Below are positions 12,184 to 24,833 of a stretch of 51,002 nucleotides of DNA, piece by piece (the stretch's first letter is position 1; every line of letters starts with the position of its first letter). The position numbers were made by a program, and so were the translations under genes. This DNA is from Anthoceros angustus (Eukaryota > Plantae > Anthocerotophyta). The DNA lies in assembly GCA_010909165.1 (NCBI GenBank), contig VJWM01000340.1:1-51002 (forward strand). Direction: 5' to 3'. Under the pieces are notes generated by a model, which made no database searches, was not told where the DNA came from, and saw only the letters and a program-made list of their open reading frames with translations.

Positions 12184-12224
12184 CAAAAGATGCTGTCTCA
12201 AAAGTTGAGATGGCCTCATTTTTG
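12184..12224 (+). terminator. Hairpin downstream of wzm (GCTGTCTCAA-AAG-TTGAGATGGC, T-rich tail)
   Basis: Stem-loop with G-U pairs at 12192-12214 followed by CTCATTTTTG. It coincides with the putative IS1182 end. Confidence 0.5.
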
Positions 12225-12282
12225 CATAAGGCTCCATAATGCGTGTTGTTGTCTGCTGCAATCTGAAAAGATGTATTTTTAA

Positions 12283-13265
12283 TAGGATTAGGTAGAACTT
12301 GCTCAAAGCAAATATAGGTTTTGTTGCTGCTAAATATATTAGTATTTTAGTTCTAAATATATTAGTCATGTTTAAAGGCATAAATGCAATCGCATTCAGT
12401 AAGAAATTCAAAACAATGAAGATTGCTACAATTACCTGATTGATTTGAAATGGGGCAAAGGGTTTCATTGTTCCCGATGCGGTTGTGTTGAGCATTATAA
12501 AGGCAGGACATATTATTATCGGCGCTGCCGTAGTTGTAATTACAGTGAAAGCGTCACAGCCAACACCGTCTTTCACGGCATGAAAATGCCGATGCTAAAG
12601 GCTTTTCATATGGTCTTCAGGTTAACGGCAAAGAAAAGGGATGTCCACAACTGAACTTGGCGCCGAGGTAGGTGTGCAGCAAAAAACTGGTTGTTCAAAC
12701 GCAAAATACAGGTTGTTATGAAGCAACACAACGATGACAAATTGGATGGTGGTGTAGATGCTGATGAAACCTTGATCGGTGGCTATACCAAAACGCATAG
12801 AGGACGAAGCCTGGAGCAAAAACGCCGTACTGATGGCCGCAGAGCAACTCCCGGACGGCAGGACCGGCAATATCCGGATGCAGCAGATTGAAAACTTTGA
12901 AGCCATAACCCTGAAATATGCCTTAAAGGACATGATCGAACCAACTGCTGCAATTAGAACTGATCACCACAGATCTTACCAGCATTTGGCGAATGAAATG
13001 ACTATCCAGACTGTGAAATCGCGGTATGGCAAAGGATTAGAAGAGTTGCACAAACAAATTATGCAGTTTAAAAATTGGCTTCGTGGTATACACCATAAAT
13101 GTTCACAAGAACATTTGCATGCCTATCTGGATGAGTATGTTTACCGATTTAATAAACGCAACTGTCGACAATGGATTTTCAATGCCGTTATAACAGCATT
13201 GATGAATCAGGTACCGCATCCATATCCAGTTTTAAAACCATTTGCGCCTATTCTACCTAATCCTA
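12283..13265 (+). mobile_element. Complete IS1595-family insertion sequence
   Basis: TIRs TAGGATTAGGTAGAA (12283) and TTCTACCTAATCCTA (13251-13265); 8-bp TSD ATTTTTAA at 12275-12282 and 13266-13273. Confidence 0.95.
12368..13260 (+). CDS. IS1595-family DDE transposase (frameshifted)
   Basis: Zn ribbon KWGKGFHCSRCG...RRCRSC..SESVTANTVFH, VDADETLIGG, IRTDHHRSY, FKNWLRGIHHKCS..HLHAYLDEYVYRFN. Confidence 0.93.
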
Positions 13266-13662
13266 ATTTTTAAAAAGCCGATTTTTATGGTGAGAACGCC
13301 TTCTTTTACTGCTTTTTATGCAGCTTTCTTGTTGTGGGCGAGTGCCAGTAATCCCATTTCTGCCGTTATTTTTTCTTTCCCGCTAGCACGAAGCGCTTGT
13401 ACTGATCGTTGTATTTAATATTAGTGAACCAGATCTATATCATGACACCGTTGCTTGCGCTTCTCAAGCCCGTTTCGTATTAAGCGCTTGCCGGCTTGTT
13501 GTTTCGGGCGACAGGCGTTATGGCTGACATCCACCATACGGTCGCCTTACTGCTGACGACAGACATCCTTCAATAAACTGGTATCACAGTAGGTGGCCTG
13601 CTGTTATCGATCACTTGCGCATAGCATTCCTTTGTGCATAAACACAGCCTAAAACTGAGTAA

Positions 13663-13699
13663 AAGAGGCCGTCTCAAAATTACTTTTAGACGGCCTCTT
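13663..13699. terminator. Strong palindrome AAGAGGCCGTCTCAAAA-TTAC-TTTT(G)AGACGGCCTCTT, likely terminator of the lipoprotein operon and IS1182/REP-like end
   Basis: ~16-bp stem flanked by A/T runs, ~55 bp downstream of the lipoprotein stop at 13754. It shares its core with the 12192 hairpin. Confidence 0.65.
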
Positions 13700-13753
13700 C
13701 CTATAAATCGAAGATGATTGAGCTAGAGAAGAATAGGGTAGCGTAGGATTAAA

Positions 13754-15170
13754 TTAATTGATCGCAGTTGAGATCCATGAACCAACTGAAGTCCATGCGT
13801 CGGTTGTCAGAACCGCACCGCGCTGGGTTGTATTGGTGAAGAAAGGATCCAGGAAAGACAGGCCAACACCACCGGACAGAGCAGGTGAACCAGCCAGGGT
13901 TTCAGGAATCCGTCGAGTTTGAAAGCTGCAGTTAGGCAGTGCTCCGTTGGAGCTGTGTACCGTTACCCAGTGTGTCGATCAGGATGAAGTCAGGAATTGC
14001 GGTAGCAGTTCCGTCAACGATCTGATTGCTTTCGTCGTTATCCCAAACTACAGGAGTAGCTGAAGTGGTCTGCCACAGGTTGTAGCGGATGTAAGAAGGA
14101 TCTGAAGCACCGGCGAGGTTGTCGATGTTCACACGGGTAGAAGGCGTAACGCAGTGCAGCAGGCAGAACGTCGGCGATGATCGGTGTTGGCCAGGTTAAG
14201 GCGGCAGACGACGAACGTAAACACCACCGTCAAAACGACCGCCAGAACCCGGACGTACAGTCAGACTCGATGGTCCGATGAAAGTTGCGTTGGCGATGGT
14301 AGCGCGGGTGAGCGGCGTTCCGGCGAAAGTAGCGCCTGTTGCGTTATTATCAGACTCCGATGAATTCAGAACCTGAGTTATCAGCGAGGTCATTACGGTA
14401 AGCAATGATGAACTGGAGTTACCCACATAACCTTCTGATCGAAATCGAAATCATCGTCTTTTGAGCCATAAGCGATGAGGTGTTTCGCGTTAACGCGACC
14501 ACCAAACCACTCGAACGCATCGTCACCTGAGTTGGCTACTTCTACGTAGTCAACAACGGTTCCGTTACCAACACCGGCGAAAGTGAGGCCGTTAACTTCC
14601 TGGTTTGCAGCCAGAACAGTACCGCCTACCAAATTCGATGCGGTTGTATTTGATGGAACCGGAGTTATCGGTTTCAACATTACCACCATACAGGAAAGGC
14701 ACTTTGTCGGGTGCATGGCAGCTTCGTAAATTTCTTCAGTTGCACCGGCAGTTTTGATGGGTGCTTTACCCTGAGAACGATTCCACCCCAGTCGCCGTAT
14801 GATCTTGTACCAGCAGATTTTGAAGATGTCCAAACAATGGGTGAAGTAGCTGTTCCGTTTGCATTCAGTTTACCACCTCTCCCAACAAGAACTCCTTGTT
14901 GTTTCCGATTAACCAGATCAGGAGCGGCGAGGCCAGGACTTCCGATAACGGTAACACCAGGATTAACAGTCAATGTAACCAGCGAATCTACAAACACGAT
15001 ACCCTTCAGGTAAGTCGTTTTGGTCAGTGTAGTGTTTGTGGTGATGTGCCCTACGAGCGTGTCTGTCGTTGCACCGGGAACCAATGGCTTCTCCTGCTAC
15101 GTCGACATTTTGCTACAGGAGCTTGCAAAGATTGCAGCAAGCGCCATCGTACCAAAATGATTCTTTTCAT
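13754..15170 (-). CDS. Surface lipoprotein LP1, beta-helix-type TBDR-associated family (function unknown)
   Basis: Lipobox FASSC after MKRIIL; GGKLNANGTATSPIVWTS...GDWGGIV, DNSGSIKY.RIEFGG, EVNGLTFAGVGNGTVVDYVEV..SGDDAFEWFGGRVNAKHL, DDDFDFD. Confidence 0.8.
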
Positions 15171-15239
15171 TTTTGCGTTTTAAATTGTTTGCTTGTTGGA
15201 AAGAAAAAGGAAATGATTAATGGTCTTCGATCTACAACT

Positions 15240-15284
15240 CAAAACTACGTGCACAACATTACGAGATAATTAACGACCCATTAC
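15240..15284 (-). promoter_or_regulatory. Bacteroidota -7 box (TAGTTTTG) plus three 11-bp-period repeats GTAATG/TTAATT/GTAATG upstream of LP1
   Basis: + strand CAAAACTA at 15240-15247; CATTAC 15257, AATTAA 15268, CATTAC 15279. Confidence 0.6.
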
Positions 15285-15309
15285 CAAAAGAAAAGTTAAT
15301 GTTAAGCGA

Positions 15310-16611
15310 TTAGTAACTCGACTGTAAAGGGATGAAATTTACCCAACCTCTCGTCCAATTATTATCAGCACCAACGCCAATAAAATTCACTGGCTTAAGA
15401 ATGCATCCTGAAATGCCGGCCGATCAAATGATGCTCCTGTCAACAGCGGAGATCCTGCAGCAGGTGACACATCGGGATTATCGTTGTAATCAAATGGACG
15501 CGAAAATTGTAATGCAGCAAAATCATTTGTTGTCCGGTTACCAAAACGTGTTTCCAGAAAAATCACGCATGTCGCGATATGTAAAAGGTGGGTATACTGT
15601 GCCCGGTAAAAACACACTATCAGACGGCGCCTGAACCATGTTGTTGGCAAAAGCGGCTGCGTCATTTACATAGGACAATGCCGCATGCCGGTCGTTTACA
15701 AACAAAGCTGTTTTCGGAAAAGACAATACAGAATTGACCATAGTCAGATCAGCACCCATTGCACAAGCGCCGCAGTAGACGGATACCGGACTGTATAAGA
15801 GAGTGAACTTGTTTCCGAATTTACCGGACCGATAACGGTCGCATTGGAAATCAGCGGATGGGTGCGGCGCCCCTGCGATACAATGCCAGAGAGTGAATAA
15901 CCCACCAGCGCAGTTGGAAATGCGGGATGACGGTAGAGCAGAAACTGCTGCCTGCCATGGTAACCCGCATCGAACTGAAAATCGTTTACGGCCGACGCAT
16001 AAGACAGCAGATAACGGGCATCAACAGTGCCACCGCTGAAGCCAAAGGAGCTGGAATTAAACGCGCGCTCACCTGCACATGGTCGATACTGGTCTTGCGG
16101 CCTACATCCTGCAAATGCATGGCGGCGATGCCACTGAAATTTTCATCCCAGCCTGCAAACTCAATCCGCATATAACTTATGTTTCCTGATCCGTCTTCCG
16201 GATCAGCCGCAACAACCGTATATACGGATGCCATTCCAGTAATGACTGCCTTCCCGTCGCTTCCGATCGAACCGCGCCAGCCGTGGGAAAAAACTGGTGA
16301 ACACAATCGGATTGTCGGCAGTCCCTGCCGCTGAAATGCTTGCGCCCTGCTGGATATACACCCCTACTCTGTCTTTCACTTTGATCAGCGTGCCGGGGTG
16401 GATCATCAGCCGCTGCCCGGCAGTCATGTACAAACTGGCAGACAATACATACGTGGTATCACTGGCAAGTGTAATGCTGTCGCCCCGGGAAGCGATGAAA
16501 GCGGGATCGATGTCGACAACCGCACGCGAAACATCCTGCAATTCAACCGTTTTTACACAGGAAGTGAACATGCCCAATGGATACCCCAATAACCGAACGA
16601 ATTGGTTTCAT
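15310..16611 (-). CDS. Surface lipoprotein LP2, paralogue of LP1
   Basis: Lipobox FTSC; GASISAAGTADNPIVFTS, DGSGNISYMRIEFAG, C-terminal SPLLTGASF...GWVNFIPLQSSY. Confidence 0.8.
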
Positions 16612-16622
16612 CTCGCGTTTGT

Positions 16623-19551
16623 TTAAAAAGTAAAGCTGAAAGCCAGGGAAAAATAACGCTGACCAATGATATAGGAAGGCGTATTGTCCTGACCACCGTG
16701 ATGCGATAATCTACCGCTGCATTCGATTTGTCGATTTCAGCAGAAGCATCAAAACGTCCGTTGCCATTCAAATCCTGATAAACAATAAAGGGACTGGCCA
16801 GCAAATTGGAAATATTGAACTTGAACTTTCCCTTGTTTTTCCAGATGGCCTGGGTGATCACCAGGTCAACCATGTCTCTGCTCTTAACATAATAATGTGG
16901 AATGGTCGGTGTCTTGTTGCCGTTCTCCAGCGTCGCTTCATCGAAGGTGCCCAATTGGGCGATATAATCCCCGCGCGGTTATACGAAATGGTAAACTCGA
17001 AGGATTTTCTGAATGCATTTGCTGTTAACCCGCATTGATGATGTAGTCAGGCTGACCAGACAACTGGTGAGCCGTGATCTTTCCACTGAAAAATTCCTGG
17101 CTACCTTCCTTTACCTCAGAGCGGATGATGCTGGCATTCCCGAACAGCATGATATTTTCCATCCATTCCGCTCCGGGGATAAAATTCAGTTTCTTGCGCA
17201 GTTCCCACTCGATGCCTTTGCTCACCGCCTTTCCGGTATTGATCGGCCGAACGGCAGGATCGTTACCGATGCCGGAAACTTTCTCCACCGGATCGTTGAT
17301 GTGTTTATAGAAGACGGCCATCGATAAAATTTCTCCGGCTGACGGAAACACTTCAAGCTTCACATCGTAGTTACGGATCGATGCACTGCGCAATTCTGTA
17401 TTTCCACGTCACCTGCAATGTTTTGAAATCGTAGGACTGAAACGGCGCGAGATCTTTCAGTTCCGGCCTTATGGCCGTTGCTGATACACCGGCCCGCAGC
17501 GTGATCTTTTCGCTGATGTTGCTGATCAGGTTTACGGAAGGCAGGAAATTGTACTCGTTCCGCGCGGCAAAGGGACCGGTCAGCAGGTCGGGCTGATTGT
17601 ATCCGTCAAAATATACCGGTGTGAATACATTGACCGATTGCTGGTAATTTTCTCCCGCAACCCGGCGATCAGTTTCAGCTTCTCCAGCAAATTCGATTCA
17701 AGGTGCATAGGCCGCAGCGATGCTGCTCGATGCCTGGTAATTGCCCACCTGCCCGCGATGCCGGCGAAAGAAAGCGTCAGGTCGAGCGGACCATTGATGT
17801 AAACATTGGACGGATCCAGCAACTGACCAATCGTGCCCATCGGCTGGCGGTATGGCAACAGAATTCCATTAGCAAGGCGGTTGCGGTTCTGGTAAAAGAA
17901 TCCGGCTTTGAACACCTGCTTGCGGCTGAACAGGTTGAACAAGGTGGAAATGTTTGCCGCACCTCCCAGATTTTATCGCGGTTATTGCTCCAGAGCCGGC
18001 TTTGTGAAGCCATCGCCTGTGCAATGCCAGGTTATTGTTCCCGAGCAGTTCACCGGTTGAATCAATTTGTTTGTATAGGAAGTTCCTGGTATCGGGCAGG
18101 TCAGTAATATACCTTGCCGAATGAAGGTTCCAGTCGATCCTGGTTTCGTTGGTAGCCATCAACCGATGTTCGCCACCCAGCACATTGCTGATGATGCGTT
18201 TCTCTTCCGTCACATAGGTAGTTCCGGCCACCCGGGAACCTGGTCCGATGCCCAATACATCAAAGCTTTCCACATTCGCGTAAGGACGGTCGAGGTACAG
18301 GTTTTGAAAATATTGCTGTAGATATTTTTGAAAGTCAGTTTGGAATTGCCAAAGCGGTACGACAGGTTGAGCGCTCCGGATAACATGGACTCGAAATTGT
18401 ACCGGATGTTGTCGGGTAATAATTGAGGAATTCAAAATCGCCCGTTCCACCAGCACCGGGACCGATGGGCAATCTCGCCGTTACTTCGCGCTCAATCAAC
18501 TCCGATTTGCGTTGGTTGAGGGCGGCGACAACACCGAACTGATTGCCACTGTTGAATTTGATGCTTTTCCCCAGCCAACCTGCAGGTTATGGTTCAATCG
18601 AATTGCCCTGTTTCACCGGCACGCACGAGGTTGTTCTTCAACAACGACAGGTGACGCAGTCTTTCCTGCGCATTCATGTTCACCAGCGGAACCCGATCGG
18701 TTTGTTTAGGAAACTTGCCGGAAGATCACGCCCTTTCCGGAGATTCCAGCCATTCCAGTTTATCGCGCTGATCGCCATAAAAGGCCTTCCCCATTGTCTG
18801 GTCAAAAAGATCCTTGCAATGAAATGGTCAGGAAATCGGCAGCAGGAATTTCTTTGGTGTTGACCTGTACAAGACCGCCTGCAAAATTACCAGGCATATC
18901 TGCCGTCGCCGTTTTATTGACGACGATATTATCGATCACAACCGCAGGAATCAGGTCGAGGAAAAGGCGTTTCTGTCGGTTTCAGTACTGGGCATCGGTA
19001 CGCCGTTCAGGATGGTTGTATTGTTCCGATAATCCACGCACCACCACAAATTTGTTGTCCTGCACACTGACGCCGGTGATCCTTCGGTGATCTGTCCCGC
19101 ATTGTTGTCGGGCGTTCTTTGTATTGCCTCAATGGAGATACCGTCAGAGGCCGCCACACTACGTCTTTGCGTTATACAGCCTGGCTTTCGCGACGCGCAG
19201 ATGAAACCACCACCACGCCTTTCAGTTCTGAAGAACTGGTGGTCATCAATACATCGAAGTAGGTCACTTCTCCTTCCTTGATCTGTATGCCGGTGATTTC
19301 CTTGGCGGCGTATCCGGTAATACTGAATACCACGGTAGCAGTACCCACCGGAAGGCTGATGCTGTATTTGCCATCGTTGCCGGTGCTCCCTCCCGCTTTC
19401 GCGTTTTCACGACCACACGCCGCCGCTGAGCGGCATAGTACTGGCTTGCCACTGTTCCCGCCAGTTTGCCGGTTTTTGTTGCGCACACAACAGTCGAAAA
19501 CAGGAGGCCGGAAAACGAATCGCCTGCAAGTTGTTTGGTTATGTTGTTCAT
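16623..19551 (-). CDS. TonB-dependent receptor TBDR1 (non-SusC type, N-terminal carboxypeptidase-regulatory-like domain)
   Basis: DGKYSISLPVGTATVVFSITGY, ASDGISIEAIQRTPDNNAG, NKFVVVRGL...ILNGVPMPSTETDRNAFS, FAGGLVQVNTKEIP, IRNYDVKLEVFPSAGEILS, C-terminal SFTF. Confidence 0.9.
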
Positions 19552-19560
19552 GAGAAGGGT

Positions 19561-20921
19561 CTATTCAAGGATATTGTGGTTGGTTTGCAGCGGCGTAAAA
19601 TTGGTCCAGCCGACAACCAGTTGCGTTCTCCCATGGCGCCGATAAAATCGACCTGGTCAAAAAACGAATCGGTGTAATGCGGATCGGCAAAATCTGCTTT
19701 CCCCATAAGGTAGGAACCGGACAATACTCCCAGCTCATCGTTTTCGCGGTATTGATACAGGTTCTTGAATCCGAGCAAACGCAGGTCGGTAATGATGCTG
19801 TTCGCAAATTGAGGTTCTTCCATATACAATCTGAAATCGGTGAGTCATAATGTTTGTACCCGCGGCGTACATAAAACTGCGCAAGGTGTCATCGGTATGC
19901 GCAACGTTGTTTTAAAAGGGCCACTTCGTGGTGCACGTTAGCAGCCGAATTGGAATCGGAATGCACCAGGCACCACCTGGATAACCAAACAACAATGAAT
20001 TCCTGATGAAGAAATGGGCGTTGTTCCGGTTCACCATGGCCGCATTCTGCATAGGCAGAAGCGTATCGCTGTACGGCTGACAGCCCGTTCTGGCGTCCGG
20101 GACCGATGATTGATAAATTCGATATAGTAGGCTCGGTAAACGGCAATGCATTCGCCTGGTTGATCGCATTGTTTTCAATCAGAATTCCTGAAAATATTTC
20201 CGACGGATCCGATTGACGTGCACCGAAATAAGGATGCCGGTAGCTAGCAGGAACTGCAGCTTACCCTGGTATCCGTTGGTGCAGATAAAATCTGCAGCCG
20301 CACCAGAAGCATAGGAGAAAAGATACTTCCCGTTCACGCCACCGCCACTGAACGTAAACGACGCATTGTTGCCGGAGTAGCTCGATGAAATGTGGTGAAG
20401 GTTTGTTGCATTTCCCACATTGTTGCAGGCCAGCGGACCGAACTCGATGCGCACGTATTGCAGGAACCGGAATTATCGGTCGGATCACCCGCGCCACCGT
20501 GGTCATATTGTCGCCGGTTTTCCAAACAGCCTGATCCCGTTCCAATAATTGTTGTTGAAGCCAGTCGGCAAATTGCTGGTGAATACGATCGGCTGTTGTT
20601 CGGTACCGTTGGCAACGATCAGTCCGCCGCTGTTGATGGTGATCGATAATCCGGATTCGATTTAATGACCGTTCCAGCCTGAACTACCAGTTGTTCACCG
20701 GATTCTCTCGTAAAATTGTCCATTAGTACGTACACGGTGTCGCTCGACAATTCCACGACGGTTCTCCGTACCGCCGGACTGGCCGGATTCTCCTGCCATT
20801 GGTCCACCAGCACTACTTCGGGTTTATCGCGCTCAGTTCATCTGATTTCGTTTTACAGCCCGATATGGCCAAAACCAGCAGCAATGACCGTACGGAAACG
20901 CCGATGTATTCTCTTACACAT
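19561..20921 (-). CDS. Surface lipoprotein LP3, paralogue of LP1/LP2
   Basis: Lipobox LAISGC; SGGLIVANGTEQQPIVFTS, DNSGS.QYVRIEFG, C-terminal VDFIGAMG...GWTNFTPLQT. Confidence 0.8.
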
Positions 20922-23761
20922 TAGAATCGGTATGAAATGTTTAAGTACAACACGCGCTGTCCACGGATGCTGCTGTACGTCAAATCTTCAGTATCGTAAC
21001 TGCGGCTATTGTTCAGATCCTGGTAAATCGTAATTCCTGTTTCAGTGAGGTTATTCGCGCCGACCGCCACCAGTAACCTGGATTTGAACATGGGTTGTAC
21101 CAGCTGCAGATGCAGGATCAGCATGCCCTTGCCAAAAATCAGCAGTGTTGCTGACCGCATAGAGCTTGTCGCCTGCAGTTGTATACACCAGCGACAACCG
21201 CGGCCAGTTTTCCATTGTATTCGAGTGATGCATGGTAAGCAAACCTGGTGGTGCCAGACAGCCGGTGTTCGTGCAGGGCTGGTTCGACTTTTGATGGAAC
21301 CGGAGCTTACCCGGCTGTTGCCGATGCTGCCGGACAGTGCCAGCTTCCAACCATTCATCCAGCTGTCGCTCTTCGGAAACACTTTGCTTTGCAACATGCC
21401 CGACAATCCATATGCTTCGCCTGCTGGCATGTTGATGGGTGCACGCGACAGGTTACCGGTACTGCCGGTATGGTTTTCCACGATGTATTCAATGGGCAGG
21501 TACAACTTTTTGTAAAAGCACCCACCGTGAACATACCGCCGCTTTTGTTATCCCACCTCGCATCAAATACGTAATTGTCGACCAGTGTGGCATCAAGCAA
21601 CGGATTACCTGTTTCAACGGTAAACGTCAAAGGATTGTAATACGAAAAGCCGGACAACTCCCGGTTCAACGGCCGGTTGATGGAACGGAAAAATCCGGCA
21701 GACAGTGTCAGTGGTTTCAGCAACCTATAACCGAGCCGAACATGCGGCAACAGATCCGTTCTGTTGATGTATGTATTTTCTGTCAGTGCGACCTCGTCTG
21801 GCCTCGCAAATTCGTCGAAGTAATGGTATTCGATGGCATTGACCAGCTGATTGGACGTTTCGAGTCTGGCACCACCTTCCACCTGCAACTTCGGCGTAAC
21901 CGAAAGCTGCCAGTTCAGGTATCCCGCCCGTTGTTCCGGGATCCGCCAAAATTGCCCATATTGTCGGCATGCAGGTCAGAAGCAGTAAAGAAACCGGAAG
22001 CGTTTACCTGTTTGGAATAAAAAGGCGTCATGGTGAGTCCGCCGGGATAATAACGGTACTGCGCGACGAGCTCCTGGATGGGATAAAACCCATTGCCCGA
22101 TAACAGGAGCAGGTCGGCATGGAAGAAAACTGATTGGCGATCATCTGCACACCGCCCGACACGAGCGACTGCCGCATGAAAACCGTAAGCGGAAACAGGT
22201 CCATTTTAACCACCAGGTTTCTGTCGCGGTACTGTTGGAAAAAACAGGACGAGTTAGTGAATATGGCGTTCAGGTTCTGGTCGAGCTGTGCGGAACCGAC
22301 ATTTCGATCGGGTGGCGGTTGTGTTTGTGCAGTGGCCAGCGCAAAGCGACCATTGCCTGGAATTTCTTCGCGCAATAGATAAGACTGCTGATCGGGTATT
22401 TCCATCAGCTGGTCGTTTATACAGGGCCGACCAATGGAGGAGAACAGGTTGCCCTTTCCCAAACTGGTGTTGCCCTGACGCCATCACACCCCAGTTTCTT
22501 GTCCGCGTAAATTTGGATACGATACCGGTGGTTGCGAGGCTGTCTTCATCAGGTTTATGAAGACTGTCGCGCTGGACGCGCTGGCTATTGTAAGCGTTGC
22601 CATAAAATGACAGCAAAGAAAATTTGTTGTTGCGATAAGCAAGTCCGCCTTTCATCTGCATCCCACCGACCGGTTGACACATGGTATCGGTCGCTGGACC
22701 AGGAAGCAGAACCTGTTTTTGCTTCTCCTTGCTGGATCAGTTCATTGCTCTGTTGTCTGAAGGCTGCATATCCGGCGAGCGCGCCTTTCTTCCACATTTT
22801 TCGCCGGGCAATTTCCAGATGAATGGCAGAACCGGGTCTTACTGTTCTGCTGTCCGGAGCCAGGTTATTGTTGAGTTTTCTGAGGTAATCTGCCTGCACC
22901 TGCGGGTTGTATTTCGTAAAATCATACCTCGACGTCGTCGACGGAAAATCTGCAGGCAGGCTACGCGCAGCATCCCTGAAACCAATGTTCCATTATGGCC
23001 AAAGGATTTCCCTGAAATGACTTACCGGTACTTCCTTCCAACCATTGTGCACCAATCCCGACGGAAAAAACTGTTTTGGCGGGAATGTCAATGAGGTCAA
23101 GAACGAGGTTGCCTCCCACCAGATCACCATAACTCTTTCCTTTATCCTGAAAGGTTTGTACCTGTGCAAGTTTTACGATCGATTGCGGCAAACTGTTTAC
23201 CAGGCCCCGAGTTCCGGTGACACGGTTGCCGGCATCACCATACCATCCACTTCAATCTGCGTGTATCGGCCCTGAAACAAACCGATGCCGCTGTATTGCA
23301 TCGACTGATCTGCCGAAGAAATTCCTTCGCTACCGGCACGAAAAGAACTTTCGTTGAGCTGCATCTATAGCTACTGCTTCGTTGTTGCTGCCGGGATGCG
23401 TGGAAAAAAATGGCGTGATGCCATGCTGCCCAGCGGGCGCCTGCACAGAATCCGACAGGTACAATTGCAGAAACCTGCTTTCTCCGGGATAAACAGTTAA
23501 GGAGATGCTGTCGCTTGTATAGCCATTACGTCCATAACGTAGCAGTTGCTTTCCGCTGCTTGTAACGACGGAGAATTTTCCTTCTGCATCGGTAAACACT
23601 ATGATTTCTTTAACAGCAACCTGCACTTGCGTCACGGATTTCCGAACGACTTATCCATCACCCTGCCCTGTATAACCACGTCTCTTTGTTGAGAGATGGA
23701 AGGCAATGTGTGTAATAATAAAGAAAATTGCAACTGAATATTGTTGCTGAGAAGACAGCAT
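20921..23761 (-). CDS. TonB-dependent receptor TBDR2, divergent paralogue of TBDR1
   Basis: VIQGRVMD...VFTDAEGKF, YGDLVGGNLVLDLIDIP, LLPHVRLGYRL...SINRPLNRELSGFSYYNP...TGNPLLDATLVDN, C-terminal LNISYRF. Its stop overlaps the LP3 start. Confidence 0.85.
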
Positions 23762-23776
23762 CGAACTAACTTTCGT

Positions 23777-23824
23777 CAAAGCTATTTAGATATTACATAC
23801 GGCAAAACATTAATAAACCATTAC
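23777..23824 (-). promoter_or_regulatory. -7 box (TAGCTTTG) plus 11-bp-period repeats GTAATG/TTAATG upstream of TBDR2
   Basis: + strand CAAAGCTA at 23777-23784; CATTAA 23808 and CATTAC 23819. Confidence 0.55.
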
Positions 23825-23829
23825 CATAT

Positions 23830-24833
23830 TGTTTCTAAATAAATGCTCAATCGTTCAACAGCAAAATGCACGTTCAACTATGGGATCAATACCATTTGAT
23901 TCATCGATGAGCGACATAGTAACAGGGACGTCAGCCGGTATACCGGCATCAACCGATTCTTTTCCGGGCGATAGCGTAAGGCTGGAAGAATAACGCAATG
24001 ACCATCCATTCAACAAAACGTATTCGGCTGGAAAACTACCACCACCACCGGTCTGGTCACCCACCTTCAACAGACCAGGCACCTGATTCAGCATCAGCAC
24101 AAAATCATTGCAAGCACTGAAGCACTTTCTATTGGTCAGCAACGCAATAGGTTGCGCATAGTGCCCAGGCAAAACATCGAGATAATAGGGTTGCAGTGCA
24201 GACAATTCGTCGTGGCCAGCGCCAGTTTTGAAACGCTCGTATCTCACCAGATAGCGTTCCGTACCGAATGCGGCAGCGAGGTTGCGCGCATACTCAGTTG
24301 CCCCATAATTATCCCGAACATCTATAATAAGTCCCTTTGTTTCAGCCGTAACTCAATAATTGTTGTACATCTGCAACCGTTATGGGCGATAAAAACTACT
24401 GGTACAGGTAACCAATGCCGTTTTGTTTTTACTAGCAGCGGACCAATCCAGATATGATCGTCGCCCCAGTAATGCTCGCGCAAAACAGTTTTACTGAAAT
24501 TTTTAGGAAAGGCGGAATAGAAGTTGTCATAGGTAGATGTATCGGTCGGACTGATTAGCGTAACGTGCCCGTCTTTTAATTCAACCAACATGTCTGACAA
24601 AGCGCGGAAAAGTCATTCTCCGAATTGGCAGCCAATGCTTTGTCCGATGCTGCTGAGCAATCGCCTGCCAGTCAGGTCTTTCACGGAAAATAACGCGTAG
24701 CGTTCATCAATAGTCTTCACCACTTCGTCAAAACAGCTTCCTGCCTGGCTGCAGGCACATTGCGGTCCAATATTTTCTCACACGAGGTCAAAAGCAACAC
24801 AGCACCCATACACCAAAGAATAATCCTACGCAT
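23830..24833 (-). CDS. S41-family (tricorn/C-terminal protease-like) peptidase lipoprotein
   Basis: MRRIILWCMGAVLLLTSC lipobox; LSDMLVELKDGHV; ALLTNRKCFSACNDF; KVGDQTGGGGSFP...LLNGWSLRYS; GIPADV. Confidence 0.88.

Larger units (their letters stand above)
12189..13697 (-). mobile_element. Internally deleted IS1182-family element carrying the nested IS1595
   Basis: The minus strand at ~13310-13650 encodes an IS1182-type C-terminus (EKRKQRCHDIE..F.NIK....KRFVLxGKEKITAEMGLLALAHN). The putative ends GATGCTGTCTCAAAAG (12189) and CTTTT(G)AGACGGCCTC (13683-13697) form an imperfect inverted pair. Outer limits are inferred. Confidence 0.6.

Noticed and set aside
12192-13699. GCYGTCTCAAAA hairpins as CRISPR repeats or an ncRNA
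   Set aside because: Only two copies, 1.5 kb apart, with no spacers. They are better explained as IS ends or terminators.
21439-22020. Long plus-strand ORFs (e.g. 21439-22020, 17703-18107, 10294-10818, 41925-42257) as overlapping genes
   Set aside because: They are antisense shadows of well-supported minus-strand genes and show no recognisable motifs.
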